64,000 bases of DNA from Patescibacteria group bacterium (GTDB taxonomy: Bacteria > Patescibacteriota > Patescibacteriia > Veblenbacterales > UBA10138), in the NCBI GenBank assembly GCA_041645215.1, contig JBAZQK010000002.1, positions 15,435 through 79,434 of the forward strand. The letters run 5' to 3'. Made by a program: the position numbers and the translations under genes. Shown in pieces: positions 1 to 9,174 of this stretch. Each line of letters starts with the position of its first letter. Position 1 is the stretch's first letter. Below the pieces are notes generated by a model that was given only the letters and a program-made list of their open reading frames with translations, made no database searches and was not told the DNA's origin.

Positions 1-2
1 CC

Positions 3-191
3 CTTATCTTTTATCCGGCCATTCACGCCCTCCAACCCTATGTTAGTTCGTTCTTTAGTGGTTTTGATTTTAGTTTGGTCGGCTATTACGCGGCTAATTG
101 GCACACTTTTTGGCCCAGTTTATTTGTCGGCGCCAGTCTGTTGAGCATTGTTGCCTCGGCCGTAGCTATGAGAAAATACTTAAAAACTTAA
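3..191 (+). CDS. ftsX: 3' end of a probable FtsX-like permease (partial)
   Basis: Hand translation gives a hydrophobic C-terminus ending SLLSIVASAVAMRKYLKT*, typical of FtsX. Confidence 0.6.
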   Translation, partial: LIFYPAIHALQPYVSSFFSGFDFSLVGYYAANWHTFWPSLFVGASLLSIVASAVAMRKYLKT

Positions 192-208
192 CTGCGTATT
201 ATGTTTCA

Positions 209-308
209 CCCCGTTAGAAGCAGGATGCCCGCCGAATCGGCGGGGATGAATGCCCAATTCTCAACAGCGAACACGGGGTTTAATGCCCCGTGTGAGCTTC
301 TAACGGGG
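209..308. mobile_element. Fold-back MITE-like element, family A (100 bp)
   Basis: 13-bp TIR CCCCGTTAGAAGC/GCTTCTAACGGGG, flanked by direct TTTCA. Confidence 0.8.
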
Positions 309-336
309 TTTCACTCGGATTAAATAACAGTTGGCA

Positions 337-690
337 ATGGTAGATTTAGCCAAAAGTAAATGTAAACCTGGCGCCAGCGGAGCCAAGCCTTATGATGCCG
401 CCACCGCCCAGCAAATGCTGCCGCTGGTGCCATGGTGGCGTGTGAGCCATAATTCTTTGGTGCGCCACTTGGAATTCACTGATTTCGTTAATGCCATCGC
501 CTTTATTAATGCCCTAGCCAAGGTTGCGGAAGATGAGGGGCATCACCCCAATTTTAGCCTGTACTCCTGGAACAAGGTTGATATTGAGCTGTCTACGCAT
601 GCCACTCACGGCCTGACGGACAATGATTTTATAATGGCCGCTAAAATAAATAATTTGCTGGCTCAGCGTACGGACTGGCTCAAAGACTAA
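337..690 (+). CDS. Pterin-4a-carbinolamine dehydratase family protein
   Basis: AEDEGHHP and THATHGLTDNDFIMAAKI motifs. Confidence 0.9.
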   Translation: MVDLAKSKCKPGASGAKPYDAATAQQMLPLVPWWRVSHNSLVRHLEFTDFVNAIAFINALAKVAEDEGHHPNFSLYSWNKVDIELSTHATHGLTDNDFIMAAKINNLLAQRTDWLKD

Positions 691-704
691 CAGGTTATTT
701 TAAT

Positions 705-1190
705 ATGAATAAATATACTGTTGCCAGCATAATTGTACTGTTGATTTTAGCTGGCTATGGCTGGCAACGCTTGATTAGTTATCGCCCGGTTGACGACATC
801 ACGCAAGCGAAACTTAACTTAGGTAATAATATGGCGGCGGTAAAAGAACCGCCCGCCATCGGTGCTCCTTTACCGGCGGTTCCCAATGATTTAGAGCAGG
901 CTAAACAACTGTTAGTCGGCTTTTGGCAAAGCTCTGACGACCTCAAAACAGTGTTAAATTACCAGATTGATAACACGGTTATTGAATACACATCAAGTAA
1001 GCCAACTTCCACCGGGACTTGGAAAGTTGCCATAAGTTCTGATAAAAAAACCGGACAGCAAGCTCTAGTGCTTAGCCTTACAAAGCAGGATAAAACCGAC
1101 AACTATTTAATTGTTAATTTATCCAAGACTAACCTGGTGTATATTCAAAGCGGGCAGGGGGGTATGCATAGTTTTAATAAGATACCCTAG
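705..1190 (+). CDS. Membrane-anchored hypothetical protein (beta-rich, lipocalin-like)
   Basis: N-terminal TM segment; LVGFWQS and GTW motifs. Confidence 0.6.
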   Translation: MNKYTVASIIVLLILAGYGWQRLISYRPVDDITQAKLNLGNNMAAVKEPPAIGAPLPAVPNDLEQAKQLLVGFWQSSDDLKTVLNYQIDNTVIEYTSSKPTSTGTWKVAISSDKKTGQQALVLSLTKQDKTDNYLIVNLSKTNLVYIQSGQGGMHSFNKIP

Positions 1191-1202
1191 TCCCTTAGTC
1201 AC

Positions 1203-1231
1203 TTGACCATTAATAGGCTAATAACTAGAAT
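1203..1231 (+). promoter_or_regulatory. Sigma70-like promoter upstream of the tRNA-Gln locus
   Basis: TTGACC-17 bp-TAGAAT. Confidence 0.6.
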
Positions 1232-1269
1232 AATTAAGCATTATTATCGCTAGGCTTCGTGTGTTCGGC

Positions 1270-1304
1270 TGGGGGATAGTCTAAAAAGTTTCTGTTAAAA
1301 ACTG
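1270..1304 (+). pseudogene. 5' fragment of tRNA-Gln plus remnant of the GIY-YIG element 3' end
   Basis: TGGGGGATAGTCTAA; 1282-1304 is identical to the reverse complement of 61766-61788. Confidence 0.8.
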
Positions 1305-1339
1305 ACGCCATTTATTTGAGTGTTAATTCTCTGCCGGGC

Positions 1340-1413
1340 TGGGGGATCGTCTAATGGTAGGACTCAGGCCTTTGGAGCCTGCTATCATGGTTCGAATCCA
1401 TGTCCCCCAGCCA
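1340..1413 (+). tRNA. tRNA-Gln (TTG)
   Basis: Full cloverleaf, anticodon arm CAGGC-CTTTGGA-GCCTG, GGTTCGAATCC, U1-A72 pair, encoded CCA. Confidence 0.97.
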
Positions 1414-1425
1414 GGTAGAGAAAAT

Positions 1426-1540
1426 GTAGTGGACTTCCCGCTGTAGCGGGACTATCATGCGTAGCCCCGTAGTTATGCGCTAGCATATACTACTGGGGTT
1501 CGACTTGCCCCGCCATCGGCTTCGGATTCATGTCCCTTAG
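1426..1540 (+). pseudogene. Degenerate 3' part of tRNA-Gln interrupted by hairpin insertions
   Basis: CTATCATG[hairpin]GTTCGA[CTTGCCCCG hairpin]GATTCATGTCCCTTAG. Confidence 0.75.
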
Positions 1541-1574
1541 AAACCACTTACTTATCTAAACCTTGCACTTAACT

Positions 1575-1976
1575 ATGAAAGTTACAACGCGGGTAGTGGC
1601 AGTAATAATTCAAGACCATAAGCTACTCCTTGAAAAAGGTAAAGGCTATAATGAGTTATGGGTTCCAGGTGGAAAGATTGAGCCTCATGAATCCGAACTG
1701 GACTGTCTTAAAAGAGAGTTGGCGGAGGAGCTTAATATTGAATTAGTCTCGGCTAATTTTTTTAAAAAATATTTGAGTAAGCATTTTTACGACCATAACC
1801 GTTTAACTAAAGATAGGGTATACTTAACCACAGTTAACGGTGCGCCGCAGCCGCAAAATGAAATAGAATCAGTTGTGTGGTTTACTAAAGAAGACTTGGC
1901 TAGTAAAAAATATCAGCTGATTACCAATACTGAAGAAAACTTAATACCGGACTTAATTCAGGCGGGTTTACTTTAG
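1575..1976 (+). CDS. Nudix hydrolase
   Basis: Nudix box GGKIEPHESELDCLKRELAEEL. Confidence 0.9.
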   Translation: MKVTTRVVAVIIQDHKLLLEKGKGYNELWVPGGKIEPHESELDCLKRELAEELNIELVSANFFKKYLSKHFYDHNRLTKDRVYLTTVNGAPQPQNEIESVVWFTKEDLASKKYQLITNTEENLIPDLIQAGLL

Positions 1977-1980
1977 GCAT

Positions 1981-2904
1981 ATGAAAATAGCGACTTTCAA
2001 TTTACGCAACCTGTTTGCCGCCGGCGAGCATAAAATTTTTGATGAGTTGGTTACTTACACTAATGAGCTTCTTGAACAACGCCTAGAACAAGCCGCGGCT
2101 ACAATTAGTGAATTGGATGCCGATATAATCGTGGTAAACGAAATCGGCTCAGCTGAAGTGCTTAAAACCATTGCCGGCAAACTTCCGGGAAAGTATTATT
2201 CATTTATGGCCACGCCCGAGTCAAGAGGCATAGCCAACGGCATACTGTATCGCGATGAACAGGCTTCATGTAAATCTTTTTGTTTATCGCCAAGCTTACC
2301 GCTCTTCATAGCTTCCGCCAGCGAACCATATGTAGGGCAGTTAAAAAGTTATCGCGAAATTATCCACTTTATTACTATTTATGCCGGCAGACCTTTGCAC
2401 GTCTTGGGATTGCATTTAAAAAGTCCAGTTTTCACACCTTTAAAAAATAATCAAGAGGGCAAGGTTAATGAACCAACTAGTCAAACCGAAACTAGTGATG
2501 GAATTATCCGTTCTAACATAAGAAGACTGGCCGAAGCTAGAGCCTTGCGTTTAGTGCTTGACCAAATGTTCAGCGCTGATAATAACCTGCAGGTTATTGT
2601 AACTGGGGATTTTAATGATACTGAAACCAGCGCTACCTTGCGCGCGATAAAAGGGGAGTCAGACCTATTTCCAGAAAGGCTAACCAATGTATGCGAACGC
2701 ATACCCCAGGCTAAACGATATAGTATAGTAGAAGGCGACTATCAACGTTTAATTGACCACGTTTTAGTATCTAAATCACTCGTTGAGCAAGTATTGAGTG
2801 TGGAAATCAAAAATGATAACTTACAGGACCAGGATGCTGAACCAAATTCAGCCTATTTAATTGACAGTGACCACGCGCCGATAGTGGTTGAGTTGAAAGA
2901 CTAA
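1981..2904 (+). CDS. Endonuclease/exonuclease/phosphatase family protein
   Basis: TFNLRN, NEI, GDFND, IDH and SDH motifs. Confidence 0.9.
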   Translation: MKIATFNLRNLFAAGEHKIFDELVTYTNELLEQRLEQAAATISELDADIIVVNEIGSAEVLKTIAGKLPGKYYSFMATPESRGIANGILYRDEQASCKSFCLSPSLPLFIASASEPYVGQLKSYREIIHFITIYAGRPLHVLGLHLKSPVFTPLKNNQEGKVNEPTSQTETSDGIIRSNIRRLAEARALRLVLDQMFSADNNLQVIVTGDFNDTETSATLRAIKGESDLFPERLTNVCERIPQAKRYSIVEGDYQRLIDHVLVSKSLVEQVLSVEIKNDNLQDQDAEPNSAYLIDSDHAPIVVELKD

Positions 2905-2951
2905 AAATTCCATCCTCTACTAGTTTTAGTTACATACCTAGTTCTACCTGG

Positions 2952-2979
2952 CTCTAATTCGCACGAATAGGCGAATAGT
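2952..2979. repeat. 28-bp direct repeat left of ArsR gene 1
   Basis: CTCTAATTCGCACGAATAGGCGAATAGT; 27/28 identical to 3268-3295. Confidence 0.9.
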
Positions 2980-3012
2980 ATCCGAGGACTATTAATGCTA
3001 TATTATAAACAT

Positions 3013-3273
3013 ATGAATGAGCTAGAGCGTGCTCTTAAAGCTATAGCCAACAGGCGTCGCCTAGCCCTGATAAAATATCTCAATTCTCGTCGTGAAGCAT
3101 CAGTGGGGGAATTGGCCGAGGCCATCAAGCTTTCACTTAAAGCCACATCTAAACACTTGGTTATTTTGCATAGCGCGAGCATTGTGGAGCGTGAGCAACG
3201 TTCCCTCCTCATGTACTACCGTCTGGCCGAGCCTCTTCCTAGACCAGTCAAATTCATTCTCTCTTATCTCTAA
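3013..3273 (+). CDS. ArsR/SmtB-family winged-HTH regulator
   Basis: LKAIANRRRLALI...SVGELAE...TSKHLVIL pattern. Confidence 0.9.
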   Translation: MNELERALKAIANRRRLALIKYLNSRREASVGELAEAIKLSLKATSKHLVILHSASIVEREQRSLLMYYRLAEPLPRPVKFILSYL

Positions 3274-3295
3274 TTCGCGCGAATAGGCGAATAGT
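3268..3295. repeat. 28-bp direct repeat right of ArsR gene 1
   Basis: Overlaps the stop codon; matches 2952-2979. Confidence 0.9.
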
Positions 3296-3338
3296 TTAAA
3301 CCGCCAAAAGAAAAACTATAAAACGACAATATAATTTT

Positions 3339-4154
3339 ATGATAAATTTTAGCAAGCGGACAAAATTTTTACTGGAACTCTCCAAAAAAGCCTGCCGGAT
3401 AATGCTGAAATATTATAATCCGTGCGGGGTTGGTTATGTCATAAAAAATAAGAGCAGCGATTGGGGATTGGACGCCGTAACCAAAGCTGACATGGAGGTA
3501 AATAAAATGGTTTTGCGGGAAATAGAAAAACATTATCCAACTTATGACTTGCTAGGGGAGGAGATTAGCTCTTTTAAAAAAGGCCAAAAGCTGTTCGTGG
3601 TTGACCCGATTGACGGCACGCATATGTTTATAATCGGCGCGCCGTTGTTTGTTTTCTCCGCCGCGGTGGTTATAAATGGTAAACCAGTGGCTGGTGTGCT
3701 GGCTAACCCCTTAGCCAAAAGAACCCTACTGGCAGAATTGGACGGGGGCGCTTATTTGGTAGAACGTAATATTAAATTATCAGTTAGCAACCAGAAAACA
3801 TTCAATGGCTCGCTAATTCGTACTGGCTGGAAGGATTGCACTGCCGCTAAACTCCTGCACCGGCAAAATGCCCGTACACCTGAAGTTTATGCTGTTTGTG
3901 AATCTGCCTCGCTAATAGCTACCGGCGGGTTTGACGGTGACATCTTTATGGGTAATGCCGCCCATGATATCGCGGCGGTTAAAATAGTGGTGGAAGAGGC
4001 TGGTGGTAGAGTGACCAATCTTTGGGGACAAGAGCAAAAATACGACCGCGGCATTAAGGGCGCTATTATTACTAATGGCCATTTGCATAAAAAGTTAGTG
4101 GCGCTGGTAAAACAATCCGGCCTGCTAAAAACTTTTCAACCAGCCGCTAAATAA
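3339..4154 (+). CDS. Inositol monophosphatase family protein
   Basis: GEE, VDPIDGT and HDIAA...EEAGG motifs. Confidence 0.93.
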   Translation: MINFSKRTKFLLELSKKACRIMLKYYNPCGVGYVIKNKSSDWGLDAVTKADMEVNKMVLREIEKHYPTYDLLGEEISSFKKGQKLFVVDPIDGTHMFIIGAPLFVFSAAVVINGKPVAGVLANPLAKRTLLAELDGGAYLVERNIKLSVSNQKTFNGSLIRTGWKDCTAAKLLHRQNARTPEVYAVCESASLIATGGFDGDIFMGNAAHDIAAVKIVVEEAGGRVTNLWGQEQKYDRGIKGAIITNGHLHKKLVALVKQSGLLKTFQPAAK

Positions 4155-4158
4155 TATC

Positions 4159-4186
4159 ATTCCTACATTCTGCAGAATGTAGGAAT
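4159..4186. repeat. Perfect 28-bp palindrome left of ArsR gene 2
   Basis: ATTCCTACATTCTG|CAGAATGTAGGAAT. Confidence 0.9.
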
Positions 4187-4212
4187 AAATAAAATAGTGA
4201 TACAATGTACCA

Positions 4213-4512
4213 ATGACCACAAAACTAAAAACCGCTGAACAAATGGAACGTCACTTTAAGGGTATGGCCAATCACTACCGCATTGCGATACTTCTTTTGA
4301 TTGATAAAGAAAGTGGAATTACCGTTGAAGCTATTACTGAACATCTTAAAGCAAACTTCAAAACCATTTCACAACACACTCGCTATCTTATGAATGCCGG
4401 ACTTATCAAAAAACAGTACCAAGGGAGAATGGTCGCACACTATTTGTCGCCCTATGGCAAACACTTTGTCAGATTCATTAAGAACTTTCAGCGTTTAGGT
4501 AGTAAATACTAA
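4213..4512 (+). CDS. ArsR-family winged-HTH regulator
   Basis: FKGMANHYRIAIL...TISQHTRYLMNAGLI pattern. Confidence 0.85.
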   Translation: MTTKLKTAEQMERHFKGMANHYRIAILLLIDKESGITVEAITEHLKANFKTISQHTRYLMNAGLIKKQYQGRMVAHYLSPYGKHFVRFIKNFQRLGSKY

Positions 4513-4520
4513 CTAACAAC

Positions 4521-4548
4521 ATTCTAACATTCTGCAGAATGTTAGAGT
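4521..4548. repeat. Near-perfect 28-bp palindrome right of ArsR gene 2
   Basis: ATTCTAACATTCTGCAGAATGTTAGAGT. Confidence 0.9.
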
Positions 4549-4709
4549 GATTAAGATGATAAAGTTTCGTGCGCCCAAGCGTGCCATTAAAGGAAAAATT
4601 GTTGTTTTAATTTGACTAATCCATAAAAGCCTAAAAACGAGCTTTTATGGTAAATAAAGAGACTACCTGAAATTTAGGTAGTCCCTAAAAAATAAACAAT
4701 TCTTTTTTG

Positions 4710-4997
4710 TTACCAGTAAGACGAATAACTATATTCCTTAGGCGGTATATACGCTCCGGACCTGCCTGACATAATATACTCTCTCCTTGATTCTTGGCGA
4801 ATCTGCTCACACTCAAGCGTTTTTTGCTGAAGCAATCTTTGTACTGTAATTCCCAATTTTTTAGCTTCCTCGGCTATTTTTAATAAATACTGCTGGCGTA
4901 ATTCTTGTTTACGCGCCCGTTTGCGCATAATTCGTTCAGTGGTTGATTGAACTATCTTTGTCATTTTGTTAATCCTCCTAGCTGTGTTATTTGCCAA
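4710..4997 (-). CDS. Hypothetical basic protein (start uncertain)
   Basis: ORF in an otherwise empty interval, followed by a hairpin at about 4661-4683. Confidence 0.5.
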   Translation of the reverse strand: MANNTARRINKMTKIVQSTTERIMRKRARKQELRQQYLLKIAEEAKKLGITVQRLLQQKTLECEQIRQESRREYIMSGRSGAYIPPKEYSYSSYW

Positions 4998-5101
4998 TAA
5001 ATTACCTCAGTTATCCACAAAAGTCAAGTAATAATCCTACCGCAGAACACCTACCGCAGAACATTTGTCTATAAAACGGGTTACATCTACACTTAATAAA
5101 T

Positions 5102-5815
5102 ATGCCAAGGTTTAAAGATATATTAGCCTTGTTAATTTTACCGATTATTGTAGTCGGGGCTTACTTAATGGTGTATATTATCTGGCGAATGTTCAATCTG
5201 CCGACCAACGAAGCAGCCGCCAACCTGGTTATGGAAAAATTTTCGCAATACGGCTTATGGCTGGTGTTCGTGGGCGCTTTAATTGAAGGGTTTTTTGTAC
5301 TAGGTCAGTATTTTCCCGGAGGAGCGATTATATTCCTGGGGGTGATTTCCGCTGGTAAAGATATTCCCCGCGCTGCCGCGGTTGTCGGAGTGGTTTTTCT
5401 GGCGTTCGCGATTTCTTATACGCTTAATTATTTCCTGGGTAAATACGGCTGGTATAAGTTGTTTTTAAAATTCGGCTTGGGCAGTTCTCTGGCCACGGCT
5501 CAAAAAAAATTGATTAAGCAAGATACGGCGGCTATGTTTTTTAGCTACTGGGACCCGAACCTAGCCTCCCTGACCGCTACCGCGGCCGGCATTTTACAAA
5601 TACCTCTTAAACGCTTTGAAACTATATCTTTATTAAGTATAGCTTTTTGGAGTACGTTTTGGGGTATATTTGTTTACCAACTGGGTCAAAACGCCTTTAA
5701 AATAATGGGCTTAAAATATGTTCTAATAATCTTTGTTATTTGGTGCACAATCATTTTACTTAAACACTATCTTTACAGCAAAAATCGGCCTATAGTATCA
5801 ATTAATGAGCAATGA
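5102..5815 (+). CDS. DedA/VTT-family membrane protein
   Basis: ALIEG...YFPGG, YFLGKYG and AGILQIPLKRF motifs. Confidence 0.8.
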   Translation: MPRFKDILALLILPIIVVGAYLMVYIIWRMFNLPTNEAAANLVMEKFSQYGLWLVFVGALIEGFFVLGQYFPGGAIIFLGVISAGKDIPRAAAVVGVVFLAFAISYTLNYFLGKYGWYKLFLKFGLGSSLATAQKKLIKQDTAAMFFSYWDPNLASLTATAAGILQIPLKRFETISLLSIAFWSTFWGIFVYQLGQNAFKIMGLKYVLIIFVIWCTIILLKHYLYSKNRPIVSINEQ

Positions 5816-6509
5816 TATACTAAACAACATGACTGAATATAAAAAACTAGCTCTAAGTCTTGCCCGCCAAGCCGGTGATATTATGAAGGCCAACTTTGAG
5901 TTAGGCATGAAAAAAGAATGGAAAGAGGACAAATCACCCCTAACAGTTACTGATTTACAAATAAACGATTTAGTAATAAACCAAATAAAAGAACGCTTTT
6001 CTGAACATGATATTTTAGCGGAAGAACGTAGCAGTATAAGCGGTAAGAGTGAATACGTCTGGGTATGCGATCCCATCGATGGCACTATTATGTTTTCCCA
6101 CGGCATCCCGATTTGCACTTTTTCTTTGGCCTTAACCAAAGGCGGCGAGAGTATTTTGGGCGTCGCTTATGATCCTTTTTCTGACCGGCTCTTTACTGCC
6201 GAAAAGGGCCAGGGGGCATTTTTAAACGATAAAAAAATATCCGTCTCCACCGAATCCAGGCTGGACAAAGTAGTAGGCGAATATGAAATGTTTAAAAGAG
6301 CCAAGTATAACATTAACAGGCTGACCGAGCACTTGAATATGGTAGAGGAAGTTAAACTTATGCACTTTTGTTCCATTGTTTATCCATCGTGCTTAATAGC
6401 AACTGGTGATGTAGGTTTTACAATATTTCCGCACACCACGGCTCATGATATGGCGGCAGTTAAAATAATAGTAGAGGAAGCCGGCGGCAAAGTAACTGAT
6501 TTGTTCTAG
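5805..6509 (+). CDS. Inositol monophosphatase family protein, probably C-terminally truncated
   Basis: CDPIDGT motif; stops at EEAGGKVTDLF*, about 40 aa before the paralog at 3339 ends. Confidence 0.85.
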   Translation: MSNDILNNMTEYKKLALSLARQAGDIMKANFELGMKKEWKEDKSPLTVTDLQINDLVINQIKERFSEHDILAEERSSISGKSEYVWVCDPIDGTIMFSHGIPICTFSLALTKGGESILGVAYDPFSDRLFTAEKGQGAFLNDKKISVSTESRLDKVVGEYEMFKRAKYNINRLTEHLNMVEEVKLMHFCSIVYPSCLIATGDVGFTIFPHTTAHDMAAVKIIVEEAGGKVTDLF

Positions 6510-6744
6510 ACGCAATGGTACAATATGAAAATTTGGATAAAAATTTTAACGCATTTTTGGTTGGTATAGGAATGGTGTCGCCAGCTGTGCTTCAAAATTA
6601 TTTTTACAGCCACAACCATCATTTAAAAGGGCAATACTAAGATTTAACAAAGACTCAAATCTAACATTATATAAACAGTACTATAGGCCCAGCTGAGCTG
6701 GGTTTTGTGTTTATATAGCTAGTGTATTAAGCTGATAGTAGATT

Positions 6745-8016
6745 ATGTTCAAGGGTTTAAAGAAACTTTTCAAAATCGCCGGACCCGGGGTAATAACCGG
6801 CGCGGCCGGCGACGACCCCTCCGGCATCGCCACCTACACCCAAACCGGCGCCCAGTTTGGCTATGGCCAGCTTTGGACGGTGTTAATGATGTTGCCCTTT
6901 CTGGTGGCCATTCAGGAGGCTTGCGCCCGCATTGGCGCGGTTACCGGCAAAGGCATTGCCGCGGTTATTAAAGAAAATTACAGCAAGAAACTGTTATATT
7001 TTACCCTATTGCTTATTACGGTCGCCAATACCATAAATATTGGAGCTAATCTGGGAGCGATGGGAGCGGCCGCCAGTTTAATAATTCCGGTTGATTTTGC
7101 GGTTTTGACTTTGCTGTTCACGGCTCTAATTCTGATTTTGGAAATATTCACCAGCTATAAAGTTTATGCTCGCATTTTAAAATGGTTGGTGCTGGCGTTG
7201 TTGTCATACCCGATTACTTTGTTTTTAGTTAAACAACCCTGGCTGACATTGCTAAAAGCGACCTTTATCCCGCATATTGAACTAAGTTTTGCTTTCCTTT
7301 TTATAATCACCGGCGTGCTGGGAACCACCATTTCGCCTTATATGTTTTTTTGGCAAGCGGCGGAGGAGGTAGAAGAGGAAAAAGCAAAACATCGCATTAA
7401 AAAAGGCGTGCCTTCTATAACTAAGCGGTTTTTGCGGTCATTGCGGCTGGATAATTTTTTGGGTATGTTGTCGTCGCAAATTGCCACCTGGTGCATAATT
7501 GTGGTGGCGGCCACGGTTTTAAACGGCAACGGCATTACCGACGTGGCCACTGCCGCCGACGCCGCCAAAGCCTTGGAGCCTCTAGTGCAAACCTTCCCCA
7601 ATGCCGGTTTTTTGGCCAAGCTGATATTTTCCATTGGTATTGTCGGTCTGGGTTTGCTGGCGGTGCCGATTTTATCAGCCTCCGCCTCCTATGCCTTGTG
7701 TGAGACTTTAAATTGGAAAGCCGGCTTAAACCTAAAACTCAAACGAGCTCACGGTTTTTACGGCATTATCACCATCGCTACCTTAATTGGGCTCATAATT
7801 AATTTTATCGGCATCAATCCATTTAAGGCGTTGGTTTATACCGCCGTGTTCAACGGCGTGGCGGCGGTGCCATTGTTGTTCATAATTGCGCGGATTGCCC
7901 GCAACGAAAAAATAATGGGCCAATACAAGAGCGGCTCGTGGTCTAACTTTTTTGTGTGGACGACTTTTATTGTTATGGCCGCGGCGGCAGCGGCGATGTT
8001 TTTTACTTTAGGTTAA
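6745..8016 (+). CDS. NRAMP-family divalent metal transporter
   Basis: GPGVITGAAGDDPSGIATY and GTTISPY motifs. Confidence 0.92.
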   Translation: MFKGLKKLFKIAGPGVITGAAGDDPSGIATYTQTGAQFGYGQLWTVLMMLPFLVAIQEACARIGAVTGKGIAAVIKENYSKKLLYFTLLLITVANTINIGANLGAMGAAASLIIPVDFAVLTLLFTALILILEIFTSYKVYARILKWLVLALLSYPITLFLVKQPWLTLLKATFIPHIELSFAFLFIITGVLGTTISPYMFFWQAAEEVEEEKAKHRIKKGVPSITKRFLRSLRLDNFLGMLSSQIATWCIIVVAATVLNGNGITDVATAADAAKALEPLVQTFPNAGFLAKLIFSIGIVGLGLLAVPILSASASYALCETLNWKAGLNLKLKRAHGFYGIITIATLIGLIINFIGINPFKALVYTAVFNGVAAVPLLFIIARIARNEKIMGQYKSGSWSNFFVWTTFIVMAAAAAAMFFTLG

Positions 8017-8019
8017 TTT

Positions 8020-8523
8020 ATGATTAAACTAGCACTGCAACGCACTGGCTTTACCCTGATTGAAGTTTTGGTAAGTGTGGCTATTGTAGCTATGCTGGCT
8101 ACGATCGTGGCGGTTTATTTGCTGCCCGCTCGCACCAAGGGGCGTGACGCCAAACGAAAGGTGGATATTTCGCAAATCGGGCGGTTCCTTTCAGCCGGTT
8201 GCTATATGCCTGACGCCGGCAGCGGTGAGTACGATATGGCTGATTTAGCAGGTGAATTAAAAGTTAAATATCCCGATTATGGAGGTTATTTGAGTAACTT
8301 GCCGTATGACCCTAAAACCGGCGATTCAATTAAAACCAACTATCGTTATGGTGTTACAACCGACGGCCGTAAATGCGCGTTATACGCGAATTTAGAAACT
8401 GATTCGGAGCCGATAACTTTGCCGAATCTAACAGCTCCCGCGCCGGGCGGCGGAAATGGCGTGCTGGCGGCGCCAGCTGTGGGTTGGAACGGAACTAATA
8501 AATATTTTCAATTTTCTAATTAG
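8020..8523 (+). CDS. Type IV pilin / GspG-like prepilin
   Basis: GFTLIE N-methylation motif, TM helix, RDAKRKVD. Confidence 0.9.
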   Translation: MIKLALQRTGFTLIEVLVSVAIVAMLATIVAVYLLPARTKGRDAKRKVDISQIGRFLSAGCYMPDAGSGEYDMADLAGELKVKYPDYGGYLSNLPYDPKTGDSIKTNYRYGVTTDGRKCALYANLETDSEPITLPNLTAPAPGGGNGVLAAPAVGWNGTNKYFQFSN

Positions 8524-8541
8524 TAGAATTGTTGATTATCT

Positions 8542-9174
8542 ATGAATAGTTTAATTAAAGCCGTGTTGTTTGATTATAACGGGGTTATTGTTGATGATTT
8601 AGGCGCGTGTGGCCGAGCCGAGTGTGATGTAATACATAGTTTAGGTGGTCAAAAACTATCAATATCTTACTGGTTTAAAAATATTCACCAAGATTGGCAG
8701 AAATTTTATATGGCGCACGGTGTACCGCGTAAAAATCTCCGCCAAACCCATAAGTTAACGGCCAAATATTATCATAAATATGAAAAGTATATAAAATTAA
8801 CACCTGACGTAAAATTAATCTTACAAAGATTGACTGAGCGAAATATTAAGTTAGGAATCTTAAGTGCTGCTAGTAGAGATATTGTTAAAGAAGGTTTAAG
8901 ACGATTTGGTTTGGCAAATTATTTTTCTTTTATTATTGGTGGAGATGATGTTGCTAAACAAAAGCCACATCCACAAGGGTTGAGTAAGGCTGTAAGATTG
9001 TTTAAGGTAAAACCACAAGAGGTAATGTATGTGGATGACATGCCGTCGATTTTCGTAGCGGCTAAAAAAATGGGCGTCAAAACCGTAGGATTTTATTCCC
9101 GGGTCAGTGGCGATTTAAGTTTGGCTGAAGTGCGAATCAGAGATATTCGCAGTTTATTAAAATATATAAAATGA
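8542..9174 (+). CDS. HAD-family phosphatase
   Basis: FDYNGVI, KPHP and YVDD motifs. Confidence 0.88.
   Translation: MNSLIKAVLFDYNGVIVDDLGACGRAECDVIHSLGGQKLSISYWFKNIHQDWQKFYMAHGVPRKNLRQTHKLTAKYYHKYEKYIKLTPDVKLILQRLTERNIKLGILSAASRDIVKEGLRRFGLANYFSFIIGGDDVAKQKPHPQGLSKAVRLFKVKPQEVMYVDDMPSIFVAAKKMGVKTVGFYSRVSGDLSLAEVRIRDIRSLLKYIK

Noticed and set aside
5011-5019. Replication origin (DnaA box TTATCCACA)
   Set aside because: Only a single box was seen, with no cluster and no dnaA; skew cannot be computed by eye.
5036-5063. 14-bp tandem repeat CCTACCGCAGAACA
   Set aside because: There are only two copies and none was seen elsewhere; it is probably slippage.
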